DNA from: Candidatus Doudnabacteria bacterium
GTDB lineage: Bacteria > Patescibacteriota > Doudnabacteria > UBA920
Assembly (NCBI GenBank): GCA_016218585.1
Contig: JACRDK010000010.1
Location: 68,974-132,973, forward strand
Direction: 5' to 3'
DNA length: 64,000 bases
The translations under genes and the position numbers were made by a program. Positions within the stretch are counted from its first letter, which is position 1. Each line of letters starts with the position of its first letter. Shown piece after piece: positions 17,833 to 25,782 of the stretch. The notes beneath the pieces were generated by a model, which did no database searches, was not told the DNA's origin, and saw only the letters and a list, made by a program, of their open reading frames with translations.

Positions 17833-18090
17833 TGGTGACTTCGGCTGCCTGCCTGCCGGCAGGCAGGGAATCGAACCAGCTTGCCCGCCGTAGCTTTAGC
17901 GAAGGTGGGCGACCTTTCCCTGATAATGGGGAACGCCCCGCCTGCCGCGTCCTTGTATAAAATTTCTGGTGCTTCCAGCAGGAATCGAACCTGCATCCCA
18001 GCCTTCGGAGGGCTATACTCTATCCATTGAGCTATAGAAGCTTAATTATATGGCATGGCGGGCAGGTCTAATCCACTGAGCTACGAAGCC
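17833..18090 (-). pseudogene. tRNA(Arg-like) gene split into four pieces by three hairpin insertions
   Basis: Joining 18090-18067, 17936-17911, 17880-17868 and 17847-17833 gives a 78-nt cloverleaf ending ACCA; the 8-nt anticodon loop is non-canonical. Confidence 0.75.
17967..18041 (-). tRNA. tRNA-Arg(CCG)
   Basis: GCTTCTA..GCTCAATGGATAGAGT..TAGCC CTCCGAA GGCTG..GGTTCGATTCC..TGGAAGC ACCA. Confidence 0.95.
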
Positions 18091-18119
18091 TCTAATTTGT
18101 TTTATAATCTATATCTCAG

Positions 18120-18167
18120 TCCGCCTCCGGCGGAAGAGCCGCGCTCTATCCATTGAACTATAAGGAC
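18120..18167 (-). pseudogene. 5' half of another tRNA-Arg-like gene ending in a TCCGCC(N3)GGCGGA palindrome
   Basis: GTCCTTATAGTTCAATGGATAGAGCGCGGCTCT then palindrome; no T-arm or 3' half found. Confidence 0.65.
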
Positions 18168-18177
18168 CAATAATGGA

Positions 18178-18651
18178 TTAGAACTTTAGTTTGTGCATTA
18201 GCCTTTGTATAGGAGTTTCGTCCGTTTCGTGGTGTTCGGGTAAATATTTTAGCAAGAGGTTTCTAACCTGATCGCCATCTTGATTTTCCAATTCCAATAT
18301 TACGGTATTATTAATAAGCGCTGTTGTATGGAAATTTACGGTTCTGTGGCGGTCATTGTTCACAACCCAAAAATACTTCATTTGTTTGTAAGGGAAAAAC
18401 AAGTTATCAAACTTTACCCCCTTGTCATTAAGTTCAATGTTAACAATCTTTGGGGTTTGCAGGGAAAAGAATATTACCAAAACGGCAATTATTCCAAGAG
18501 TTATAGCGGCAAAAATGTCGCTTTCCACAATTATAAAAAAAGCAATGACTAATATGGCAACAGAAATTAAGGTTACGTACCAGCCGGCGCTTTTTGGATA
18601 ATGCCGGAATTCGGCAGCCGTCCAGGAAATTGTTTGATTTTTGTCTGACAT
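18178..18651 (-). CDS. conserved CPR membrane protein (DUF5673-like, PH-like C-terminus)
   Basis: W.A.EF.H..KS..WY, two TM helices, ends 'LKF'. Confidence 0.7.
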   Translation of the reverse strand: MSDKNQTISWTAAEFRHYPKSAGWYVTLISVAILVIAFFIIVESDIFAAITLGIIAVLVIFFSLQTPKIVNIELNDKGVKFDNLFFPYKQMKYFWVVNNDRHRTVNFHTTALINNTVILELENQDGDQVRNLLLKYLPEHHETDETPIQRLMHKLKF

Positions 18652-18674
18652 AGTATTAATTAGTTGGTTTTATT

Positions 18675-19193
18675 TTAAATTTTATAAAAATATTTGGTTA
18701 ATTTTGGCAGGTCTTCCTTGGCTTTGTCACCTTGAGCGATTTTCTCAAAAAGTGCTTTTGGCGATAGCCAGAAATATTCAGTAAAGTCATCTTTGTTATA
18801 ATTTGGGGCTTCCTCCATTTTAATTTGATATACCTTCATAAATGCAGAGACTTTATTTTCTTTGGGTGTTAGATGTCCTAATAAAAGTAGTTGGATTTTA
18901 TCAGTATCAATATTTAATTCTTCCCATGTTTCCCGTTTAAGGGCTTGTTCGTAGGTTTCCCCGCTTTTTACATGACCACCCATACTCATATCTAAACAAA
19001 GTGGAAAAATTTTTTTGTTTGAAGCTCTTCTTGGAATCCAAATTTCACCTTTTGAATTCACAACAAACGCATTTACAACTCTAAAATTTGACAGGTTTTG
19101 CGCATATATTTCTGATCTTTTTTTCTTGCCAATAACATTGTCATCCACGTCTACCAAATCAAGATATTCATCTGTTTCGTAAATTGCATTCAT
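18675..19193 (-). CDS. Nudix hydrolase (IDI-like subfamily)
   Basis: LVD.DD..IG...R, GGHV.SGETYEQA.KRE..EEL Nudix box. Confidence 0.9.
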   Translation of the reverse strand: MNAIYETDEYLDLVDVDDNVIGKKKRSEIYAQNLSNFRVVNAFVVNSKGEIWIPRRASNKKIFPLCLDMSMGGHVKSGETYEQALKRETWEELNIDTDKIQLLLLGHLTPKENKVSAFMKVYQIKMEEAPNYNKDDFTEYFWLSPKALFEKIAQGDKAKEDLPKLTKYFYKI

Positions 19194-19240
19194 AAGACTT
19201 AAATTTTATAGGAAAAACGGCTATTTCCTTAACAAAATTT

Positions 19241-19331
<91 letters not shown>

Positions 19332-19383
19332 AAAAAATAAGTGGTTTTGCCGGTTTATTATACCATTATATTAAGAAAAAAAC

Positions 19384-19418
19384 AAAAACGACGCCTGCTC
19401 TAGAAAGGCGTCGTTTTT
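19384..19418. terminator. intrinsic terminator (bidirectional geometry)
   Basis: AAAAACGACGCCT-loop-AGGCGTCGTTTTT. Confidence 0.75.
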
Positions 19419-19480
19419 ATATTTTACCCGCATTCTCTTTTTGGGAGAATTGTGGATGTTTGTTTCAAAGCTTCCATACT

Positions 19481-19571
19481 CTGTCGTCCTGAAGTGGAAG
19501 AAAGAAGAAATTGTGTTGAGTTGTGGATCCCGGTTCAAGTCTGCCTACCGGTAGGCAGGCCCAGGATGACA
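19481..19571. repeat. GTC(A/G)TCCTG...CAGGATGAC REP-like element with nested CTGCCTACCGGTAGGCAG palindrome
   Basis: ctgtcgtcctg ... tggatcccgg..ctgcctaccggtaggcagg cccaggatgacac. Confidence 0.55.
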
Positions 19572-19608
19572 CATGCAATCTTCTTTTCCGCCTCTTCAGA
19601 GCAACAGC

Positions 19609-20787
19609 TTAGCGGGTGTATTGTGGAAGTGGGTCTTCAAAAATAAATGAACCAGTGGCTTTGCTTGGATCGGTAGAAGTGCTGGAAGGCTTTTGTTCAT
19701 CAACAGTCGCTGTAGAAGTAGAGGCATTTTTGCCGACAGTTGTTGTTGAAGTTATGGTGGTGCTGGCAGATTTTACTTCAGGTTCATTTGCCTCATCTTT
19801 ATTTATAATAATTTCTTTGGCTACCAACTTGGTTTCGCTCTTTATTCCGCTAACGCTTACATTCATGGCGGTTAGGAGCTGGCTGGCCGGCAGAACTTTT
19901 CCTTCAGAATCTTTAACTATAGTTTTATCGGATAATTCAAAAGTTGTTTTATCTATGGTTATTTTGTCCTTGGAAATATTGTTTATAAGGCCGGAGACAG
20001 ATACGCTGTTGGGGTCTTGCGCAAGGGCAGCCAGAGTTTGTTCGTTGGCAGCCACGGCAATGGATTCTTTAATCTCAGAAATTTTTGCGGTGCTTTGGTT
20101 AAGCGCGGTTAATGCGCCGCTGGCGGCCTCTTGAATTTCGCTGTTGGGCTTAATGGCGCTAATTAAGTTTTGCTGTTTTTTAGTTAAGTCTTCCAGGGAA
20201 GCTATTAATGGATGGTTGCTTTGGGCTTTTGGCGATGTTTGGGTTACCGTGTTTACTACGGCAATAGCGGTGGAAGTTTGGTTGGCTAATTCGCTAAGGG
20301 CTGCTTTTTCCTGCTCAATATTGCTGGTCGGATCTTGAAATATTTTTTGCGCTTCGTCCAAGCGTTTTTTGGTAATTTCAATTTGCAGGTTAGCTTTTTC
20401 ATCCTGGCTATATGTTAAAACCAATTGAACTTGTTCCGCAGACTTTTTTACGGCAAACAAGGTTTGTCCGGGGCCGCTGTTGTAAGCCGCGTAGCCGGTT
20501 ACGGCTAAGGTGCTAACAAGCAGCATTACGCTCATGCTGACAGTGGCAAGTTTGGAAATATGAATCCAGGCAAACCAAAGTTTCTTTTCCGGAGTTAAAA
20601 TGTATTTCCTTTGCATTAGGGGAGTGGGGACCGGGTTTTTTGGCAGGTTCATTAAGCTGGCGCTTAAATCGAGCAGGGAAGAGAGTTCGTCTTTTTCTTT
20701 CGGCATATCCAAAAGCGCCTGCTCTTTACTAACTCCGTTTTTGAGCAGTTCTATGGCGTTATTGAATTTGTCTTCTAATTTATTCAT
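19609..20787 (-). CDS. putative anti-sigma factor (DUF5667-like coiled-coil, exported C-terminal domain)
   Basis: Overlaps ECF sigma gene; TM helix followed by S.PG..LF.VK...EQV.L motif. Confidence 0.75.
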   Translation of the reverse strand: MNKLEDKFNNAIELLKNGVSKEQALLDMPKEKDELSSLLDLSASLMNLPKNPVPTPLMQRKYILTPEKKLWFAWIHISKLATVSMSVMLLVSTLAVTGYAAYNSGPGQTLFAVKKSAEQVQLVLTYSQDEKANLQIEITKKRLDEAQKIFQDPTSNIEQEKAALSELANQTSTAIAVVNTVTQTSPKAQSNHPLIASLEDLTKKQQNLISAIKPNSEIQEAASGALTALNQSTAKISEIKESIAVAANEQTLAALAQDPNSVSVSGLINNISKDKITIDKTTFELSDKTIVKDSEGKVLPASQLLTAMNVSVSGIKSETKLVAKEIIINKDEANEPEVKSASTTITSTTTVGKNASTSTATVDEQKPSSTSTDPSKATGSFIFEDPLPQYTR

Positions 20788-21373
20788 TTTTCCCTTGTTG
20801 CTTAATTAATTCTTGCAATCTGGCTAAAGCCCGATGTTGAATTACCCTAATTGCTCCTTCATTTTTGTGCAGGAGTTCGGCTATTTCCCCGTTGCTTAAA
20901 TCTTCAAAGAATTTTAATTTAATTACTACCTGCTGTTCCGCGCCTAATTCTTTCATCAAGTTAAGCAAAACTTTTTGTTGTTGGCTTAAATTTACCGTAT
21001 CAATTATGTTCGATTCATATTCCAAAATATTTTCCACGTCTTCCAGGGCAACTGTTTGCTTTTTTTGGCGATAGTAATCTATTACTAAGTTGCGGGCAAT
21101 TTGGTAAAGCCAAGCTTTAAAAGAACTGTGTCCGCTAAGCGACCCTAGCTTGGAAAAAGCTTTAATAAAAACTTCTTCGGTTAAGTCCTCGGCGGTTTCT
21201 TTATGGCTTACGCGATAAAAAATAAACCGGTATATGCTTTTAAAATACAGCTCGTAAATTTCGGCCAAAGCCGCTTCTTCTCCTTTTCTTGCTTTTTCAA
21301 GCAGGGAAGAGCTTACTTCGTTCATACTTTCGGAATTTAGGGAGCTAATGTTATAGACGGAATTGATGTCCAT
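20780..21373 (-). CDS. ECF RNA polymerase sigma factor
   Basis: AEDLT.EVF.KA, F.AWLY.IARN..ID..R, region 4 EIAELL..NEG.IRV..HRA. Confidence 0.95.
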   Translation of the reverse strand: MDINSVYNISSLNSESMNEVSSSLLEKARKGEEAALAEIYELYFKSIYRFIFYRVSHKETAEDLTEEVFIKAFSKLGSLSGHSSFKAWLYQIARNLVIDYYRQKKQTVALEDVENILEYESNIIDTVNLSQQQKVLLNLMKELGAEQQVVIKLKFFEDLSNGEIAELLHKNEGAIRVIQHRALARLQELIKQQGKNE

Positions 21374-21415
21374 TTGTTACAAGGTTAGGGAATATTTTGG
21401 CTGTTTTGGCAAAAT

Positions 21416-21573
21416 ATAGGACTTACGCATTTGGCCAAGAACGAGGCATTTTCCCAAGAGATTTGGAGACGTAGTATGCCTACGGCGAGAAATACCGAGG
21501 GAAAATAACGAAGTTATTGGCCAAAAGCCGTGCCGTTAATTTGGCTAAAAGAGCGGCGGTGTGTAAGTCCTAT
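21416..21573. mobile_element. MITE-like element (~158 bp)
   Basis: Terminal inverted repeats ATAGGACTTACGC / GTGTAAGTCCTAT (1 mismatch), internal nested hairpins, no credible ORF. Confidence 0.7.
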
Positions 21574-21635
21574 TTGGCCCAATTTAAAACACCCAAAACA
21601 TTTTGAATGTCTGTATTTTAACACATTTTGATGAT

Positions 21636-22622
21636 TTATAGGGTGGTTATAGGGCGGCTTTGGGTAATATAGAATTGGCCTTTTTGGTAGGCCCATTCAA
21701 TATCCTGGGGGTGTTTGTAGTGCTTTTCTATGTTTTTGCAGATTTTTGCCAGTTCAACTATTTGCTTTCCGGTAAGTTTTTGTTTGCCGCCGGCAGCTTT
21801 AGAAAGTTTTTTGTTAATGTTTTTTCCGCTCGCGGTTTTAACTATGGCAAAAGACTGTTCGGAAACGTTAATGTCCAAAATAGAAAAGTCATTCTTATGA
21901 ATAATATAGGTATCCGGGGTAATCATGCCGCCGACAATGGCTTCGCCCAGACCAAGGCCGGCTTCAATTACCATTTGGCCATAATCTTTGGTTACCGGGT
22001 GCACGGTAAAGCTAATGCCGGAAATTTCGCTTTGCACCATTTTTTGCACAACTACAGCCACTGAAACTTTATTCTTATGTAATTTTTTCTCAAACCGGTA
22101 AAAAATTGCCCTGGGAGTGAATAGGGAAGACCAGCATTTTTTTACGCTGGTTAGAATATTTTTTTCCGTGACGTTAAGATAGGTTTCCAGTTCTCCGGCC
22201 CAGGAGGCGGTTTTACTGTCTTCGGCCGTGGCGGAAGAACGCACAGCAAAGAATTGGTCGGTGTGTCCTCCTCGCCCCTTGCGGGAGAGGGTGGGGTGAG
22301 GGGTTGTAAGCAATGTTAAAGACTCCATTATCTCACTTTGAATATCAACAGGAATTTTCTCGTCCAAAATAATCCTTCTAATTTCAGCGCTGGCTTTATC
22401 CACCGAGTTAACGTCTTTATGGTTAACTTTTTTTAATATTGCCTCAATGTCTGCCGCAATATTTGTCTCTTCTAAAAATCTTTCAAAAGCCCCGGCCAAA
22501 ACCACAAAACCCGGCGGAACAGGCATTCCCGCGCGCGTAATTTCGCCCAAAGAAGCCCCCTTGCCCCCGGCAATCGAAACATCTTTTTTTGAAAGTTGTT
22601 TGAAATTTTTAGTTAAATTCAT
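21636..22622 (-). CDS. stand-alone PEP-synthase/PPDK N-terminal ATP-grasp (nucleotide-binding) domain protein
   Basis: GGKGASL, VPPGFV, AVRSSATAED..ASWAG..ETYL, DIEWA, QSRPITT; stops where the next domain would begin. Confidence 0.92.
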   Translation of the reverse strand: MNLTKNFKQLSKKDVSIAGGKGASLGEITRAGMPVPPGFVVLAGAFERFLEETNIAADIEAILKKVNHKDVNSVDKASAEIRRIILDEKIPVDIQSEIMESLTLLTTPHPTLSRKGRGGHTDQFFAVRSSATAEDSKTASWAGELETYLNVTEKNILTSVKKCWSSLFTPRAIFYRFEKKLHKNKVSVAVVVQKMVQSEISGISFTVHPVTKDYGQMVIEAGLGLGEAIVGGMITPDTYIIHKNDFSILDINVSEQSFAIVKTASGKNINKKLSKAAGGKQKLTGKQIVELAKICKNIEKHYKHPQDIEWAYQKGQFYITQSRPITTL

Positions 22623-22636
22623 AAGGATTTAATATA

Positions 22637-22665
22637 TTGACAAAATTATAATTTTATGGTATCAT
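22637..22665 (+). promoter_or_regulatory. sigma70-type promoter
   Basis: TTGACA-17 nt-TATCAT upstream of AGGAGG and ATG 22708. Confidence 0.7.
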
Positions 22666-22707
22666 ATTTAGTTCTTGTGTGCAAATTTTGGAAGGAGGAA
22701 TGGCAAG

Positions 22708-23274
22708 ATGAAAAACATCTATGTCGTTACCCATGGAAAAAAATTCCCGGGTGCAAACCCGGGGATGACCGAAGAAGGATTTGCGGAAGTCGCACAACTC
22801 CGCAACCTTCTTCCGGCTAAGGTTCGCGATGTCGTCTGTGGTACAGGCAAGCGCCACCTGGACACGGTCAAGGCTCTTGGCCTTAAACCAACGCGCTACA
22901 CCAGCGCGGTTGGTGGCCCGGACTCCGGCGAAGCCACCGTCAAAGGTGGGCCGGTAGACGTGGTGCGGTTGCCGTGCGGAACATTGGTTCCGTATTACAG
23001 ATACACGACTCTTGTCGATGGCCAGGACGGGATGAAGTCGGTCATTGCACAGCTGCGAAACAACAGCGTGGTCTGTGCCGGCCGTCCCAGCATGATCATG
23101 CTGGGCATGATGGAGGAGGACTCTAAGTCCGCTGCAGTATATAAGGTATCGGTGGCCATGGTCGTCGTATGCGTGAAGGTTGGCGACGAGCCCACGCTCC
23201 GCATAAGAATCGGGAGGGTGCTTAACATTCAGGAAGTCAAAGCGGTCGGCACCTCGGAGATTCACACGGTCTAA
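22708..23274 (+). CDS. GC-rich histidine-phosphatase-like protein (degenerate RHG = THG)
   Basis: MKNIYVVTHG...MTEEG..EV, 'GTGKRHLDT'; strong RBS; followed by hairpin 23308-23340. Confidence 0.55.
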   Translation: MKNIYVVTHGKKFPGANPGMTEEGFAEVAQLRNLLPAKVRDVVCGTGKRHLDTVKALGLKPTRYTSAVGGPDSGEATVKGGPVDVVRLPCGTLVPYYRYTTLVDGQDGMKSVIAQLRNNSVVCAGRPSMIMLGMMEEDSKSAAVYKVSVAMVVVCVKVGDEPTLRIRIGRVLNIQEVKAVGTSEIHTV

Positions 23275-23344
23275 GCCCGCCAAATCGGCGACTACGTCCA
23301 AGCATTGATGCCCCGGCACTCCAAAAGAGTGTGCGGGGCATCTT

Positions 23345-23426
23345 TATATCTTTCTAACAGTTCCTTTATTTGCATCTACCCCAGTAGAATATGCTTCGTA
23401 TCTCTACGGGGCAAGCTTCAACCACA
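23345..23426 (-). repeat. relic His-swivel C-terminus interrupted by palindromic insert (copy 1)
   Basis: GTG GTT GAA [37 nt GCTTGCCCCGTAGAG...TCTACTGGG] GTA GAT GCA AAT AAA GGA ACT GTT AGA AAG ATA TAA = VVE|VDANKGTVRKI*. Confidence 0.8.
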
Positions 23427-24812
23427 TTATTTTCGTTTTATAAGTTTAACTATTCCCGTGTTAGCGTTAACCTCGACAATATCACCATCTTTAAAGACTT
23501 TGGTGGCGATTTTGGTACCAATAATACAGGGTTTTTTCATTTCTCTGGCAACTATTGCCGCGTGGCAGGTGAGCCCGCCTTCGTCCGTGATTATGGCTTT
23601 GGCAATTCTCATAATTGGCATAAATTCCGGATGGGTCATTGCCGTAATTAAAATGTCACCTTTTTTAAATTTTTGAAACTCGTCTTTGTGATAAATAATT
23701 TTTGCGGTTCCGGTTACAACACCTTTAAATCCAATAGTACCTGAGACAAGTTCGTTATTGTGACTTCTTGCTGTCTGTTCAGCAAGTTTTATACTTTCTT
23801 TTGCCCCCGAATGTATTTTGAATTTACCATTTTTTAACTCTAAGGCATAGCCATTCATTCTTGAGTGGGCCAAGTTTTTTAGCTGGGGTGGAAGATGCCT
23901 TAATCCCGATTTAATTTCTTCAGGCAATAAGTAATTCACTTCTTTTAAGTCCAGGTTCAAACGTTTACCCACCTCAATAAAAAACGATTGCAATATTAAA
24001 TAACAGGGTCTCCGGTAGTCGTCACGCATTTCTTTAAGGTAAGAAAAAACATGGGCAATTTTCATTAGTCGTTTTAATTTAGAATCCCGGGTATCTTTTA
24101 TAATTTTTTTGTAGTTATTTAAACCTGTTTTTTTGTGAAAGTTGTACTCGTAAATTTCTTTTTGTGCTTTTATTGGTGAGATAACTTGTTTTTTTAACGA
24201 GCTTACGTCAAGCGGTTTGTCTATAAAATCATAAATAGGAAGCCAACTGTATTTATAAGCATATTTTTGCAAAGCTTCATTTGTTGGGTTTCCTTTTAAA
24301 CACAGTTTTAAAAACTCCAACCTGGCTAAATTAACTTTAGTTTCTTTATATGGAGTAGAAATGGCTTCTAGCGTTTCTTTGTTTTTAATTTTACTCTCAA
24401 CTTCTTGTATTGGTCCTTCAAGAGCAATAAATGACAACAATTGCCACTCGCCAAATCTTCTTAATCGTTTGTCCAGAAGGCCTACGTCCGCTATTAATTC
24501 GCGGGCGCTTTTAACGGAAAAATTTTGCATTGAAAACTTTTTACAGAAGTTCAGCTCTTGAATAAATACATTTTCATAAGCCTTGGCAAAAATTTGAATG
24601 TCTTGCTTTAGCAAGAAGCTCTGAAATTTTTTAATTACCGCTTGCAGTTCTTTTTCGTCAAAAAAATAGCCGTTTAAATTGCCTTTTGGTACAAAAAGTT
24701 TATTTTTGCAGGCAGCCCATTTGGGGTCCGATTTTAGGAAGGTCAAAAAATAAGATGTTGCAATAAAAGGGGAGTATTTTCTAGCCCAAATTTCCTGCCA
24801 TTTAGTGCTCAT
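23427..24812 (-). CDS. variable N-domain + PEP-utilizer mobile (phospho-His swivel) domain protein, paralog 5
   Basis: C-terminal GDILIT.MT.P, TDEGGLTCHAAIVAREMKKPCIIGT. Confidence 0.9.
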   Translation of the reverse strand: MSTKWQEIWARKYSPFIATSYFLTFLKSDPKWAACKNKLFVPKGNLNGYFFDEKELQAVIKKFQSFLLKQDIQIFAKAYENVFIQELNFCKKFSMQNFSVKSARELIADVGLLDKRLRRFGEWQLLSFIALEGPIQEVESKIKNKETLEAISTPYKETKVNLARLEFLKLCLKGNPTNEALQKYAYKYSWLPIYDFIDKPLDVSSLKKQVISPIKAQKEIYEYNFHKKTGLNNYKKIIKDTRDSKLKRLMKIAHVFSYLKEMRDDYRRPCYLILQSFFIEVGKRLNLDLKEVNYLLPEEIKSGLRHLPPQLKNLAHSRMNGYALELKNGKFKIHSGAKESIKLAEQTARSHNNELVSGTIGFKGVVTGTAKIIYHKDEFQKFKKGDILITAMTHPEFMPIMRIAKAIITDEGGLTCHAAIVAREMKKPCIIGTKIATKVFKDGDIVEVNANTGIVKLIKRK

Positions 24813-24813
24813 T

Positions 24814-25683
24814 TTAGATCCCCTCGCTAATTAATTTGTTTAGTATTTCTTCATTGATTACAATATCCCATTGTTTACCGCCGGTTTTAGCGTGAATTAT
24901 CGCAGACTGTTTTTGACCTTCATTTGTAATCTCAACCTGGAAACCTTGAAGCTCGGCAACGCCTGAGCCACCCACTTCTTTTAAATATTGATCTCTAGTT
25001 TCTGGGCCTTGGGTATCCTCTAAAAGTTTGGCAATAAAACTTTCTCCCACTGTTTGGTGGGTGCCGAAATAGCGCTCTAATTGATTATTGTAGTCTTGGT
25101 ATTTTTCTGGGCTTCTTTCAACTATTTTTTCAAAACTGTTTCCTACTTTCAAGTATTTTTTTAAAATTTTAGCTATGTTGGCTGCGATGCGTGAATAGCT
25201 AAAAGCTTCGGGGTCTTGCAGCTGTTCGGCAAGGCTGTCGCTTTCGTTAACCATAAAATCCATGATTCTTCCGGCCTTAAATGCTGCTAGGTGCTTTTGT
25301 CCAAATTCTGATTGGCGGTCTTGTTGAAAATCAAGCCTAGGATCGCTAATTATTTTTTTTCCATTTTTTATTTCGCTCTCAATAAAAGTCTCTATATCTT
25401 CAAGGCTGGCATTGCTTGGTATTTTTTCGGAGGACGCAAGCAAAACCCTACCAGCTGTTTCCTGGGCTCGCTGGCGGGGACTGCCAAAGGCAATTGATAC
25501 TTCTGGCTGCGGGTTTATTTCATTGCTTCTGTTTGTTGCCATATCTCTACCTTTTTCAGTAAGGCGAATTTCGTTTTCGGGTTTATCAACTTTTTCTTTT
25601 TCGCCGTGCCTAAAGAATTCCAATATGACTTTGGTTTTTGCAACTTCTTTTGGTTCAATATCTTGCCTAGATTTTTCGAACAT
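24814..25683 (-). CDS. histidine phosphatase superfamily protein
   Basis: FFRHGE, LTEKG, SPRQRAQETA, GTHQ. Confidence 0.85.
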   Translation of the reverse strand: MFEKSRQDIEPKEVAKTKVILEFFRHGEKEKVDKPENEIRLTEKGRDMATNRSNEINPQPEVSIAFGSPRQRAQETAGRVLLASSEKIPSNASLEDIETFIESEIKNGKKIISDPRLDFQQDRQSEFGQKHLAAFKAGRIMDFMVNESDSLAEQLQDPEAFSYSRIAANIAKILKKYLKVGNSFEKIVERSPEKYQDYNNQLERYFGTHQTVGESFIAKLLEDTQGPETRDQYLKEVGGSGVAELQGFQVEITNEGQKQSAIIHAKTGGKQWDIVINEEILNKLISEGI

Positions 25684-25702
25684 ATTTTTTATTTAAGTTA
25701 TT

Positions 25703-25782
25703 TAATTTTTTAATGATTCCTTTATTAGCATCTACCCCAGTAGAATATGCTTCGTATCTCTACGGGGCAAGCTTCAATCACA
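25703..25782 (-). repeat. relic His-swivel C-terminus interrupted by the same palindromic insert (copy 2)
   Basis: VIE|VDANKGIIKKL with an insert identical to that of copy 1. Confidence 0.8.

Noticed and set aside
17805-17996. N-terminal extension of ORF 17631-17996
   Set aside because: Translation of tRNA and palindrome sequence (PTFAKATAG, PACRQAG)
22654-23319. 221-aa minus-strand ORF
   Set aside because: Shadow of the plus-strand gene, which has a promoter, RBS and motif
21636-24812. Frameshifted or broken ppsA
   Set aside because: Domain order is wrong, no TIM-barrel domain, and all ORFs are clean with intact catalytic motifs
23345-25782. CRISPR repeats (37-nt palindromic repeat)
   Set aside because: Only two copies about 2.4 kb apart, embedded in gene relics, and no cas genes
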